DNA of 64,000 bases from an uncultured Verrucomicrobiae bacterium (GCA_963801815.1 CAWDGJ010000006.1:32001-96000), one strand, 5' to 3'; numbered from the stretch's first letter, positions 40,997-50,195 are shown. The notes: generated from the sequence alone by a model not told the origin. Numbers and translations: made by a program.

Positions 40997-41845
40997 GTGA
41001 ACGCGACGAAAATTACTCAAGCGAGCAAATCCAACCTCGCACTCGCGTTCATTTCTCTCGGCCGCGAGCGCCGGCGCGACATAACCATCTTTTATGCTTT
41101 TTGCCGGGTGATCGACGATATCGCCGACGACGTCGATCTCCCTGTTGAGGAAAAGAAGCGGCGCTTGATTGAATGGAGACAATGGCTGCGCGGGACCGGC
41201 CCTGACGAGTCGTCGTTGGCCGCGGAAGTACGGGGTTTGATGAAGAAGTACTCGCTCGGTCCGGAGATGTTTGAGGAAATTATCGCCGGCGTGGAAATGG
41301 ATCTTGCCATCCAGCGTTATCAAACCTTCGACGAACTGCGGGTTTACTGTTATCGGGTGGCCAGCGCCGTAGGTTTGGTCAGCATCGAGATTTTCGGTTA
41401 CCGCAATGTGGCGTGTAAGGAGTATGCCATTCAGCTCGGCCTCGCTTTGCAAACGACGAATATTATTCGCGACGTGGCAAAGGATTTGCGCGCCGGGCGT
41501 GTTTACCTGCCACTGGAGGATCTCACGCGCTTCAATTATTCTGAAAAGAACCTGCAAGATCGACAATATGACGATCGTTTTGTGCGCCTGATGCAATTTG
41601 AAGCGGACCGGGCCCGGCAGTTCTTCGCTGGCGCCTCCGGGATTTTACCGCCGGAAGACCGCCGCTCGATGGTCGCGGCCGAAATAATGGCGTCCATTTA
41701 CCGCGGCTTGTTGCGGAGAATGGAGCTGGACAAATTTCGAGTATTTGAAAAAGAATACGCCCTGAACAAATTGGAAAAGGCCGGACGGATCACGGGGCAG
41801 CTACTCAAGCTTTTTTTAAATGAGCGGAATGCGCCATCCGTCTGA
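40997..41845 (+). CDS. hpnD: Squalene/phytoene synthase family (HpnD-like)
   Basis: YAFCRVIDDIADD, YCYRVASAVG, LGLALQ.TNIIRDV..D..GRVYLP. Confidence 0.75.
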   Translation: MNATKITQASKSNLALAFISLGRERRRDITIFYAFCRVIDDIADDVDLPVEEKKRRLIEWRQWLRGTGPDESSLAAEVRGLMKKYSLGPEMFEEIIAGVEMDLAIQRYQTFDELRVYCYRVASAVGLVSIEIFGYRNVACKEYAIQLGLALQTTNIIRDVAKDLRAGRVYLPLEDLTRFNYSEKNLQDRQYDDRFVRLMQFEADRARQFFAGASGILPPEDRRSMVAAEIMASIYRGLLRRMELDKFRVFEKEYALNKLEKAGRITGQLLKLFLNERNAPSV

Positions 41846-41869
41846 GTCACCGAAACCGTAACTATTAAT

Positions 41870-42175
41870 ATGAAGAAATATTTAGCGCTCGTTTCAGCAT
41901 TGTTGGTCACATCTTTAACGCTTGCCCCCCTCACTAAAGTCTACGCCCTGGGTGAGGCCGAGAAAGCCGTCGTAGTGTCGCCAGAAGACGCCGCGAAGAA
42001 ATATCCGTTGCCAAAAGGGAAGGATTATCCAATGGGCAATTATGAGGCGTTTGCCAGTAGCACGGGTGGTTTTGTGCGAAGTCCGTATTCCAGCCGCGTC
42101 TACGACTGCCGAAAAGTTGGACACGGAGCGCTGATCCTGGATGAAGGCGCGAAGAAGCTTTTCCGCGCCCCGTAA
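41870..42175 (+). CDS. Small secreted hypothetical protein with RSPY..RVYD domain
   Basis: Signal peptide; C-terminus aligns with that of the next gene. Confidence 0.75.
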   Translation: MKKYLALVSALLVTSLTLAPLTKVYALGEAEKAVVVSPEDAAKKYPLPKGKDYPMGNYEAFASSTGGFVRSPYSSRVYDCRKVGHGALILDEGAKKLFRAP

Positions 42176-42258
42176 TCCTGCGGTAAGTCGTCAAAATTGT
42201 TGGTGCGGCGAAACATTATTTCGCTGGCACGGTTCAATGGGCTGACGAAGGAACATCT

Positions 42259-42648
42259 ATGAACAAGAAATTTTTCACCATTATTTGCGGCGGAGCACTC
42301 GCTGCGTTCGCCCTTGATTCGTGCGATACGCCTACCGGCCAGGGGGCGGCGGCCGGCGCTGGCGCTGGCGCAATTATTGGTGGTTTGGCCGGTGGCGGCC
42401 CACGAAGCGCGGCCATCGGAGCGGCGATTGGCGCCGCCAGCGGCGCGCTGATTGGGCATGCCATTCAGGAAGACCGCGCGCGCCAGTACGGGCCGCCGCC
42501 TGAGGGTGGTTATCCGTATGCCAGACCGGCGAATGGACCGGGAATGTTCCGCAGTCCCTACACCGGACGCGTTTACGATTTACGCGGCGTGCCCCCGGGT
42601 GGATTGACCCGCGACGTTGATACCGGGCAATTGTTCCGGCGACCGTAA
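42259..42648 (+). CDS. Glycine-zipper lipoprotein with RSPY..RVYD domain
   Basis: Signal peptide with LDSC lipobox-like site; GAAAGAGAGAIIGG...GAAIGAASGALIG. Confidence 0.82.
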   Translation: MNKKFFTIICGGALAAFALDSCDTPTGQGAAAGAGAGAIIGGLAGGGPRSAAIGAAIGAASGALIGHAIQEDRARQYGPPPEGGYPYARPANGPGMFRSPYTGRVYDLRGVPPGGLTRDVDTGQLFRRP

Positions 42649-42669
42649 TTCGAAAATCGATTATCTAAT

Positions 42670-42711
42670 ACGCGTTGGTCCTGCGCTCGCGGGATCAACG
42701 CGTTTTCTTTT
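42670..42711 (+). terminator. Intrinsic terminator
   Basis: 15-bp stem acgcgttggtcctgc / gcgggatcaacgcgt, 4-nt loop, then tttctttt. Confidence 0.8.
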
Positions 42712-42873
42712 GTCGATACTATGGCGAGTCCCGGTCACGGCCCGGGCTGAGTGTGGACGCCGGTGTGCTCTTTAGCATGGTTTAAATCGCAAAACAGCTT
42801 TTAGGCTTGCTCTCGCTGGGACTCGTCGCTAAAACGTTGCCGACGAAATGAATTCGGGAGAGCCGGTTCGGGC

Positions 42874-43065
42874 ATGAAGGCACAAATCCCAAACATCAAT
42901 GTAGTCCGGTCCGCTTGGCACCGAGTCAAGAAAGAGATAAAGGACGCCATAATTCGTGACCTGAAGCCAGTAAAAGACATCAAAGGTGGTGGCGCTACTG
43001 CGGGTAAATCCAAATCCACCACAGGCGGCACTGGCACCACAGGTACTCCTGGTAGCCACAAATAG
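42874..43065 (+). CDS. Short peptide with double-glycine leader-like motif
   Basis: GGGAGAG upstream; fills the gap before ubiD; DLKPVKDIKGG followed by a G/T/S-rich tail. Confidence 0.55.
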   Translation: MKAQIPNINVVRSAWHRVKKEIKDAIIRDLKPVKDIKGGGATAGKSKSTTGGTGTTGTPGSHK

Positions 43066-43112
43066 GGTTTACCAAATTCTTCAGCCGCTCGCCGCTGCGC
43101 GGCAAAGCATCG

Positions 43113-44624
43113 TCAGCCAATTTTCTTTTGCAGCTCATCGACCAGCGCCTTCGCTTCGTCGGTCATCTTGAGCAGTTCGGGCCATTGCCGGTGGTAATTT
43201 TCGCCCGGTAATTTTCGGGTTGCGTCAAAGCCCATGTGGGAACCGATGTTTTGCTCGGTCGGCGCGTGATCGAGCGAATCGCTTGGATTCCTGATAACGC
43301 TTGTGTCCCGAGCGGGATCGGTGTTGGCGCAAAGGCGAAAGAGAACTTCGCTGGTGTTATGGACATCGCAGTCCTCGTCCACCACCACGATGTATTTGCT
43401 GAACATCATTTGCCCCATGCCCCACAAACCGTGCATCACCTTGAACGCTTGATACGGATACTGCTTCCGAATGCTCACGAACACGAGATTGTGAAACACC
43501 CCTTCCGCCGGCAGCGTCATGTCGACCAACTCGGGGAAATTCATTTTGAACACCGGAAGAAAAATCCGTACGCTGGCATCACCCATGTAGAAATCTTCCA
43601 TCGGTGGGATGCCGACGATTGTCGTCGGATAAACGGCCTCTTTGCGATGCGTGATCGCCGTGACGTGAAAAACCGGATAATCCTCGACCGCCGTATAGTA
43701 GCCGGTGTGATCGCCAAACGGTCCTTCGGGCCGCATCTCGCCGGGTTGCACGTACCCTTCCAAAACAAAATCGACGTCCGCCGGAACTTCGAGGTCAACT
43801 GTTTTGCATTTCACCATCTCGATTGATTTGCGCCGCAAAAATCCGGCGAAAAGAATTTCGTCCAGCCCATCCGGCAGCGGCGCGGTGGCCGCGAAGGAGA
43901 GCGCCGGGTCTCCGCCGAGGGTGGCCGCAACCGGCATTCGCTCATTGCGCTGGTAATAAACCTTCCCATGGCGCGCGCCCACTTTGTGGACCTGCCAGTG
44001 CATCGCTGTTGTTCGCTCATCGAAAATCTGCATTCGATAACAACCGACGTTGCGCTCGCCGGTTTCGGGATCGCGAGTGTGCACGTTCGGAAGGGTGATG
44101 AAACGCCCGCCGTCTTTGGGCCAGCACTTCAAAATCGGCATGTCGCGGAGCGACATTGCCGGAGTTGAGAGTTGGTCCGAGCCGGACTGGCGTTTGTTGA
44201 GAGTTGAGCCCTCGAGCATATGGACTATCTCCTGGCAAGCGGCGTCGCGAACGGTTTTCGGTCGCGCGTGCAGGAGGTGAATTCCTTGTTTCAATAGCGC
44301 GAAACCCTCGCGCAGATCGGTCGGCGGTTTGGCTTTGAGGATCAGTTGAACTTCCTGCGCGATTTCGTCGACGCTTTCGCGGCCAAGCGCCATCGCCATC
44401 CGTTTGCGCGACCCCATGGTATTGATCGCGACCGGGAATTTGGAAACTTGTCCGTCGACGACGGGTTGCTCGAAGAGTAATGCCTTTCCGCCCCCAGGCG
44501 ATTTCATCTCGCGGTCGGCCCATTCGCTAATAAGCAAGTCGGTATCGACCGGAACGGAGACGCGCTTCAGCTCGCCGGCTTTGTCGAGTGCGTCGAGAAA
44601 TTCCAGAAATGAGCGGTAGGCCAT
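43113..44624 (-). CDS. ubiD: UbiD family decarboxylase (menaquinone-biosynthesis type)
   Basis: WPKDGGRFIT, NVG.YRMQ, EGPFGDHTGYY, VGIPPMED, IVVVDED. Confidence 0.88.
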   Translation of the reverse strand: MAYRSFLEFLDALDKAGELKRVSVPVDTDLLISEWADREMKSPGGGKALLFEQPVVDGQVSKFPVAINTMGSRKRMAMALGRESVDEIAQEVQLILKAKPPTDLREGFALLKQGIHLLHARPKTVRDAACQEIVHMLEGSTLNKRQSGSDQLSTPAMSLRDMPILKCWPKDGGRFITLPNVHTRDPETGERNVGCYRMQIFDERTTAMHWQVHKVGARHGKVYYQRNERMPVAATLGGDPALSFAATAPLPDGLDEILFAGFLRRKSIEMVKCKTVDLEVPADVDFVLEGYVQPGEMRPEGPFGDHTGYYTAVEDYPVFHVTAITHRKEAVYPTTIVGIPPMEDFYMGDASVRIFLPVFKMNFPELVDMTLPAEGVFHNLVFVSIRKQYPYQAFKVMHGLWGMGQMMFSKYIVVVDEDCDVHNTSEVLFRLCANTDPARDTSVIRNPSDSLDHAPTEQNIGSHMGFDATRKLPGENYHRQWPELLKMTDEAKALVDELQKKIG

Positions 44625-44674
44625 CGCTCAAGTTTACACGTGTTCTCGGCTAAAGACGCGCCGAAAAGGAACTC

Positions 44675-45194
44675 TTACCGATTAATGAAATATTGAAACG
44701 ACATTACCCGTCCGTCGGAAAACGTGACCGTCTTGTACGGATAGTAGATCGTCGGCGGAATGTAAGAGTAGTAAAACGGGTCGTAGAAGGGATCGCCAAA
44801 GAACCGGAACCGGCCACCATGATGAAAACGGACAACTCCGACGCCGAATCCACCGTAACCCCACGGGCCCGGGCCGTAGCCGTAGCCATAAGGTTCGTAG
44901 CCGTAGCCGTAGCCGTAGGCGGTGGTGCCGGCGAGATAAATCCAGGTCTCGGTCTGGTGTCCGCGCATTTCGCCGGCCACTTTCTGCTCAGGCGAACCCC
45001 ACGCCAGCCAGACTGCGTTCGTCGACATGCCCGAACGGACCTGTCCCTGACGCACCAATGCTTGATCGCGAGCTGACAGAGAATTGAACATGTCGGGGTT
45101 TTCGGGAAATTCGATTCTCCAGCGTCTCGCAGCTCGTTAGGCAGAGTCCGACAGCAGCCAAACCTAACCACAACGTCTTGGAAATTGTCTTCAT
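44675..45194 (-). CDS. Lipoprotein with Tyr/Gly-rich segment, split by one apparent +1 frameshift at about 45105
   Basis: Lipobox LTSC in one frame; G.VR.GMS...V.LAWG.P and ETWIY (SmpA/OmlA-like) in the next. Deleting one C gives ENRISENPDMF. Confidence 0.75.
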
Positions 45195-45279
45195 AAAAAA
45201 GGATACAACCGGCGCACGGTCAGTCAATTGTCCCGGCTTGTTGATTGAACACGGCATCGCCGATAACGTTGCGATTGAA

Positions 45280-46326
45280 ATGGAAGATCGTTACGGCCAT
45301 CGCATCTCCTATCTGCGCGTCTCGATTACGGACCGTTGCAATGAGCGCTGCAACTATTGCATGCCGCGCGAACTTCAGGAATGGTTGCCGCGCGAGGAAA
45401 TTCTCAGCTACGAGGAGACTCTGCGCCTCATTCGGATCGCGGCCGATCTCGGAGTCACCAAAATCCGCGTGACCGGTGGCGAACCTCTGACTCGCCGTGA
45501 CGTTGTCGATTTCATTCGTGAGATTCCAAAGATTCCAAAGATCTCGAGTCTCGGAATCTCCACGAACGGAACTTTGCTTGCGCACAAAGTGGATTGTAGC
45601 CCGCGGCCTGCGGGCGACGCGCGCGCTTCGCGCAGCAAAGCGGCTGCTACGATGGCAGCCGCGCTCCGCGAGGCCGGCGTCCAATCGGTGAACATCTCAC
45701 TCGATACTTTGGATCCGCATCTTTACGCGCAAATCACAGGACGCGATTTTCACTCGCAAGTCTTGGAAGGCATCGATGCTGCGATTACGGCCGGATTCGA
45801 TCAAATTAAACTGAACTCGGTGCTGATGCGTGGGCGAAACGACGATCAGCTTATTCCGCTCATTGAGTTTGCGGCGGAGCGCAATTTGATTCTGCGTTTC
45901 ATCGAGTTGATGCCGGTGAGCACTACCGAGGTCTTGAACGACGAAAATTTTTTGCCAGTTGCCGAGGCCAAACGCGCGATCGAATCGCGTTACGGCCCGT
46001 TGATTCCCGAGCAGTCTTTTCGAACAAATGGTCCCGCGACGTATTACCAAATCCCGGGACGCAATCAGCGCGTCGGATTTATCGGTGCGATGACGAACCT
46101 GCATTTTTGCGAGAGCTGCAACAAACTGCGACTCACCTGCGACGGAAAACTCCGTCCCTGTCTCGGCAGCTACCTCGAGTTCGACATCATGAAGCCACTT
46201 CGTGCTGGCGCGAGTGATGATGAGCTGCGGCAGTTCTTTAGTGACGTTGTCGATCGCAAGCCCGAGCAGCACGATTTTCGCAACAATTATCAGCCGGACC
46301 GCAAGATGATCGCCATCGGCGGATGA
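45280..46326 (+). CDS. moaA: GTP 3',8-cyclase (radical SAM)
   Basis: YLRVSITDRCNERCNYC, TGGEP, FCESCNKLRLT..G.LRPCL, C-terminal IGG. Confidence 0.95.
   Translation: MEDRYGHRISYLRVSITDRCNERCNYCMPRELQEWLPREEILSYEETLRLIRIAADLGVTKIRVTGGEPLTRRDVVDFIREIPKIPKISSLGISTNGTLLAHKVDCSPRPAGDARASRSKAAATMAAALREAGVQSVNISLDTLDPHLYAQITGRDFHSQVLEGIDAAITAGFDQIKLNSVLMRGRNDDQLIPLIEFAAERNLILRFIELMPVSTTEVLNDENFLPVAEAKRAIESRYGPLIPEQSFRTNGPATYYQIPGRNQRVGFIGAMTNLHFCESCNKLRLTCDGKLRPCLGSYLEFDIMKPLRAGASDDELRQFFSDVVDRKPEQHDFRNNYQPDRKMIAIGG
45596..45650. repeat. GTAGC...GCTAC REP-like element inside moaA
   Basis: gtagcccgcggcctgcgggcgacgcgcgcgcttcgcgcagcaaagcggctgctac. Confidence 0.75.
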
Positions 46327-46330
46327 AGGA

Positions 46331-46358
46331 AAGTGACAAGTGGCGGGTGACAAGTGAG
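46331..46358. repeat. Heptamer array between moaA and moaC
   Basis: aagtgac aagtggc gggtgac aagtgag. Confidence 0.75.
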
Positions 46359-46363
46359 AGGCA

Positions 46364-46819
46364 ATGAAGCGACTAACTCATCTCGATGACGAGGGCAGGG
46401 CGCAAATGGTCGATGTATCGGCGAAGCCGATGAGTGCGCGGACTGCCATCGCCAAAGGCAAGATCAGACTTCAACGCAAGACGCTTGATCTGATTTCGAA
46501 AGATCAAATCGCGAAAGGAAATGTGTTTGCAACCGCGCGTCTCGCCGGAATTCAGGCCGCCAAACAAACGGCGAACCTCATTCCGCTTTGTCACACGCTG
46601 CCACTGGGCGACGTGAAGATCGACATCATCGCCGCACGGGACTGCGCTGAGGTGACGTGCACGACGCGGACAATCGCCCAGACCGGCGTCGAGATGGAGG
46701 CGCTAACCGGAGTCTCGCTCGCGTTGCTGACGATTTACGACATGTGCAAAGCCGTCGACAAAAAAATGAAGATCGCCGATGTGCGGCTAATTAAGAAGAC
46801 GAAGACTCGGAATCGCTGA
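46364..46819 (+). CDS. moaC: Cyclic pyranopterin monophosphate synthase
   Basis: LTHLD..G.A.MVDVS, LIPLCH, TGVEMEAL, IYDMCKAVD. Confidence 0.96.
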   Translation: MKRLTHLDDEGRAQMVDVSAKPMSARTAIAKGKIRLQRKTLDLISKDQIAKGNVFATARLAGIQAAKQTANLIPLCHTLPLGDVKIDIIAARDCAEVTCTTRTIAQTGVEMEALTGVSLALLTIYDMCKAVDKKMKIADVRLIKKTKTRNR

Positions 46820-46889
46820 TGAAAATCAAGAACGCAGGAAATTTATGAATCTTTTCCTGTTTTCCTGTGTTCGTTAGGTATTTTTCGAT

Positions 46890-47372
46890 ATGCAGATCGT
46901 TGTTGGAATCATCACGGTTTCAGATCGCGCGAGTGCCGGTGATTATAAAGATCTCGGCGGGCCGGCGCTCAAGGAAGTTGCGCAGAAAAGCGGCTGGCAA
47001 GTTTTATGTGAGGCCGTGATTCCAGACGATGCCACACGAATCCAAGAAACAATCCGCTCGTTTTCAAAACAAGGCTGCGGATTAATTCTGACGACAGGCG
47101 GAACGGGCATTGGCCCACGCGATGTTACTCCGGAAGCGGTTCGCGCGGTCATGCGGGTCGAGCTGCCAGGATTCGGCGAAGTAATGCGCGCGGAATCGAT
47201 GAAAATCACGCCGAACGCGATTCTCTCTCGCAATCTCGCCGCAGTGGTCGACGATTCGCTGGTTATCGCGCTCCCCGGCAAGCCAAGCGGTGCAGTGGAA
47301 TGTCTCGACTTTATCGCCGGTGCAATTCCGCATGGTGTCGCTGTTGCTCAGAAAAAACCAACTTCATGTTAG
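46890..47372 (+). CDS. mog: Molybdopterin adenylyltransferase (MogA/MoaB)
   Basis: ITVSDRA, LILTTGGTG..PRDVTPEA, LPGFGE, LPGKP. Confidence 0.88.
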   Translation: MQIVVGIITVSDRASAGDYKDLGGPALKEVAQKSGWQVLCEAVIPDDATRIQETIRSFSKQGCGLILTTGGTGIGPRDVTPEAVRAVMRVELPGFGEVMRAESMKITPNAILSRNLAAVVDDSLVIALPGKPSGAVECLDFIAGAIPHGVAVAQKKPTSC

Positions 47373-47503
47373 AAATTCGAAAAACTCGAATTTCGAAGTC
47401 CGAAACAATTTCAAAAATCGAAGATTCGAATTGAAGTTGTTCGCCTTTTTGATTTTCCAGATTCGTGCTTGTTTCGAGTTTCGATATTCGACATTCGAAT
47501 TTG
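47372..47503. repeat. Inverted heptamer-array element between mog and the M23 peptidase gene
   Basis: gaaattc-type left arm; gatattc gacattc gaatttg right arm. Confidence 0.85.
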
Positions 47504-47520
47504 AGAATCAATCGCCTCTA

Positions 47521-48552
47521 CTAGTCCGGCCAAATTAGCAGGCGCATCATTTGCGTTCCGAAACCGGTGAGATGCGCGTGACTCGCTGGACCGGTGGCAA
47601 CGCCGTTGGTCAGATGCGAAGCATTTAATGAACTCGGTTTCACGTAAATGACTTCCGGTTGTTTCACTTTCCGATCGCTCGGCTCAATTCGAAGCGGTAA
47701 ACCGCCGCGCGCGAATGAAACCACCCACGAGCGCGGCTCCGCATTGGCATTTCCGTTTACCATCCACGGATAAAGCTTGGGCAATTCGAAATGCCGCGAT
47801 CGGGGAAAGGCGACTTTGTAGAAAACTTCCTCGTGGCTGAAAAACTGCGGAATCGTGAGCGAAGGATTTTCGTGGAGTTGAACGAGGAACTTCTGGATGT
47901 CCAGCCCGGTGAGATTGATTCCGTTGTAAATGCCGTGGTGGTTCGGATCGTTCGTATGGGTGGCGTTGTACCAGCCTTCGAACTTGTGATTCAGGATCAG
48001 GTTCAACTCCAAATGCAAATGCGCGCGCTCACGATTGATTCCGACGCCAGTGTAACCCATCACCGCAATGTGCTGTCCGCGCTGCACACTTTCGCCCGCG
48101 CGGACGTCGATCTTGCTCAGGTGTCCATACAAGCTGTAATAGGGCGAGCCGTCGAACGTGTGTTCGATCACGATGTACTTTCCGTAGTTCGAATAACCGG
48201 CGACCAGGCTCGTGTAGACCACCTTTCCGTCAGCGATGGCACGCACTTCGTCGAGCGGCTCGTTGTTTTCATCACGATGGACCGGCTTGATATCGATGCC
48301 TTCGTGAAAGCGCGTATAAACAACTCCGGAACTGGTCTGCTCCGGATCGCGTACGAATCCATATTGACCGCCCTCCCACGGTGTCGATTTCTCGCCGCCA
48401 TAATCGCGTTCGATGTATTGAAAGAACGCCGCGCCTCCGCCGTCAAAAATCGCGTCGTTGTCGGTTGGCAATGCGATGTCGATAGCGCGGACACTCTCGA
48501 CAACGCCGAAAACTGTGATGATGGCCAGCGCAGCGACGAGTGAGCGCTTCAT
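47521..48552 (-). CDS. Secreted M23 family metallopeptidase
   Basis: Signal peptide from MKRSL; HEGID, YG..IVIEH, LYGHL, HLH. Confidence 0.9.
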   Translation of the reverse strand: MKRSLVAALAIITVFGVVESVRAIDIALPTDNDAIFDGGGAAFFQYIERDYGGEKSTPWEGGQYGFVRDPEQTSSGVVYTRFHEGIDIKPVHRDENNEPLDEVRAIADGKVVYTSLVAGYSNYGKYIVIEHTFDGSPYYSLYGHLSKIDVRAGESVQRGQHIAVMGYTGVGINRERAHLHLELNLILNHKFEGWYNATHTNDPNHHGIYNGINLTGLDIQKFLVQLHENPSLTIPQFFSHEEVFYKVAFPRSRHFELPKLYPWMVNGNANAEPRSWVVSFARGGLPLRIEPSDRKVKQPEVIYVKPSSLNASHLTNGVATGPASHAHLTGFGTQMMRLLIWPD

Positions 48553-48721
48553 CGTTTTCTCTTTTCTCCCATTAGCCGCCAGCTTGGCATTGGTTTTCAC
48601 ATGCACCCGGAAAAACGCAATGTCGATCTTTTCCCGAGACGGAAACGGCGATCAATGCCACAATCAGGCTCGCGAAAATGGATTTCATGACCGATTGATA
48701 CGTTCCGTGTTTAACCCGTCA

Positions 48722-49342
48722 ATGATTCGTCCTGCTATTCTTTTCTATAGTTTGCTATTGGCCGCCGCCCCTCTTCGCGCGCAGCTCGGCTCGTTCGGGA
48801 CCTCGCCAACGCCCACTCCGACACCGGTGCCTGACACGGGATTGTCCTCGCCGGCTCCCGGTGGCTCGCAACCACCGATTACGACGACGACGATAAAGAA
48901 GCGCGGTTTTCTCGGCCGCATGATGCACCCATTTTCATCGTCCGAAGTTTTGCCAAAATATCAGAACCCTAAACTGCGCGGCCTCATTCTGAGTCTACAG
49001 GTCGCGCCGCAGCCTCTCCGGCTTTCCGAGGTTCGACAAATGGAGGTCAGGGTACTTGTAACGAACCGCGGCACCCACGTGGTCACCCTCGATTTTCCAA
49101 CGGATCAACGGATCGAGGTGCAACTGCTGAACTCGGCCGACGTCGTTCTGACGAAATGGTCCGAGAACCACGCGATCAAGGAAACTCCCGCCACTGTCCT
49201 GATCAATCCCGACGAGCATATTGAATATAAGGAAATGATCGCGACTCGTGACCTAACGCCCGGAAAAGTTTTTACGGCTGAAGTTCTTTTTCCAAAGTAT
49301 CCCGAGCTCCGAATCCGGCAGAAGTTCATGACCGAGCCGTGA
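48722..49342 (+). CDS. Secreted protein with BsuPI-like (intracellular proteinase inhibitor) domain
   Basis: Signal peptide, P/T linker, VTN......L.FPT.Q..E.......WS pattern. Confidence 0.7.
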   Translation: MIRPAILFYSLLLAAAPLRAQLGSFGTSPTPTPTPVPDTGLSSPAPGGSQPPITTTTIKKRGFLGRMMHPFSSSEVLPKYQNPKLRGLILSLQVAPQPLRLSEVRQMEVRVLVTNRGTHVVTLDFPTDQRIEVQLLNSADVVLTKWSENHAIKETPATVLINPDEHIEYKEMIATRDLTPGKVFTAEVLFPKYPELRIRQKFMTEP

Positions 49343-49349
49343 TGCGGGA

Positions 49350-49411
49350 AGTTGAGAGTTGAGAAGGATCTGAATGTCCAGCTCTCAACCCTCAACTCTC
49401 AACCCTCAACT
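49350..49411. repeat. Inverted heptamer array straddling the start codon of the PHP phosphatase gene
   Basis: agttgag agttgag ... ctctcaa ccctcaa ctctcaa ccctcaa. Confidence 0.85.
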
Positions 49412-50195
49412 TTTTAGTGACTACCACAGTCATCCCCAGGGGCATCGAGTTCAGCCGTATTCCCAAAATCTTCTGCAGCCGTGGATCGATAGCGCGCGTG
49501 CAAAAGGCTTGAACGACATCGCGTTCACCGATCACGACCGTTATTATGCCGGCGTCAACTTCGATGAGCTCGATAAACTTCGCGCTGCAAATCCGGACGT
49601 AAAAATTCGCGCGGGAATCGAACTCGACAACGATCCGCAAACCTCAGCCGCGGGCCGAAAGTGGGTCGAGAAGAATTGGGACCAACTCGATTTCGTTCTC
49701 GGCTCCGTCCATTACCTCGACGATCCAAACCAGATGTTCGACAGCGTTCCTGACGGCGCGGAACAGTTTGTCGGCCGGGACATCAACGAAATCTACGAAG
49801 ATTACTTTCGCCGCGTTCGGGAAATCGCCGCGACGGGGCTGGTCGATTGTTTGTCGCACCTCGATCTTATCAAGATCCATGGGCACCGGCCGTGCGGCGA
49901 TGTGCGATCTGTCGTGAACGAGACGCTCGATTTCATTCGGTCACGCAATCTGGCGATCGAACTTTCAACTGCCGGTTGGCGCAAACCGGTCGACGAACTT
50001 TACCCGAGCGACGAAATCATCAAGCTCGCAATCAAAAAGGCAATTCCGTTCACAACCGCGTCCGACGCGCATTCCCACGCGCAGCTTGCCGAAAATTACG
50101 ATCGCCTTGCCGAAAAGATGTCGGCGTTCGGGATTCGCGAGGTTTGCGTTTACGAACACCACAAACGCCAACCGCGTGCTTTGGCTCAGCCGTAA
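49374..50195 (+). CDS. Histidinol-phosphatase HisJ/HisK family (PHP)
   Basis: DYHSH, FTDH, GIELD, LDFVLGSVH, HLDLIK, ELSTAG.RKP..E.YP, SDAH. Confidence 0.88.
   Translation: MSSSQPSTLNPQLFSDYHSHPQGHRVQPYSQNLLQPWIDSARAKGLNDIAFTDHDRYYAGVNFDELDKLRAANPDVKIRAGIELDNDPQTSAAGRKWVEKNWDQLDFVLGSVHYLDDPNQMFDSVPDGAEQFVGRDINEIYEDYFRRVREIAATGLVDCLSHLDLIKIHGHRPCGDVRSVVNETLDFIRSRNLAIELSTAGWRKPVDELYPSDEIIKLAIKKAIPFTTASDAHSHAQLAENYDRLAEKMSAFGIREVCVYEHHKRQPRALAQP

Noticed and set aside
44872..44918. GCCGTA hexamer repeats containing GTAG
   Set aside because: Codon-phase repeat encoding Tyr-Gly in the lipoprotein; no hairpin, so not a REP.
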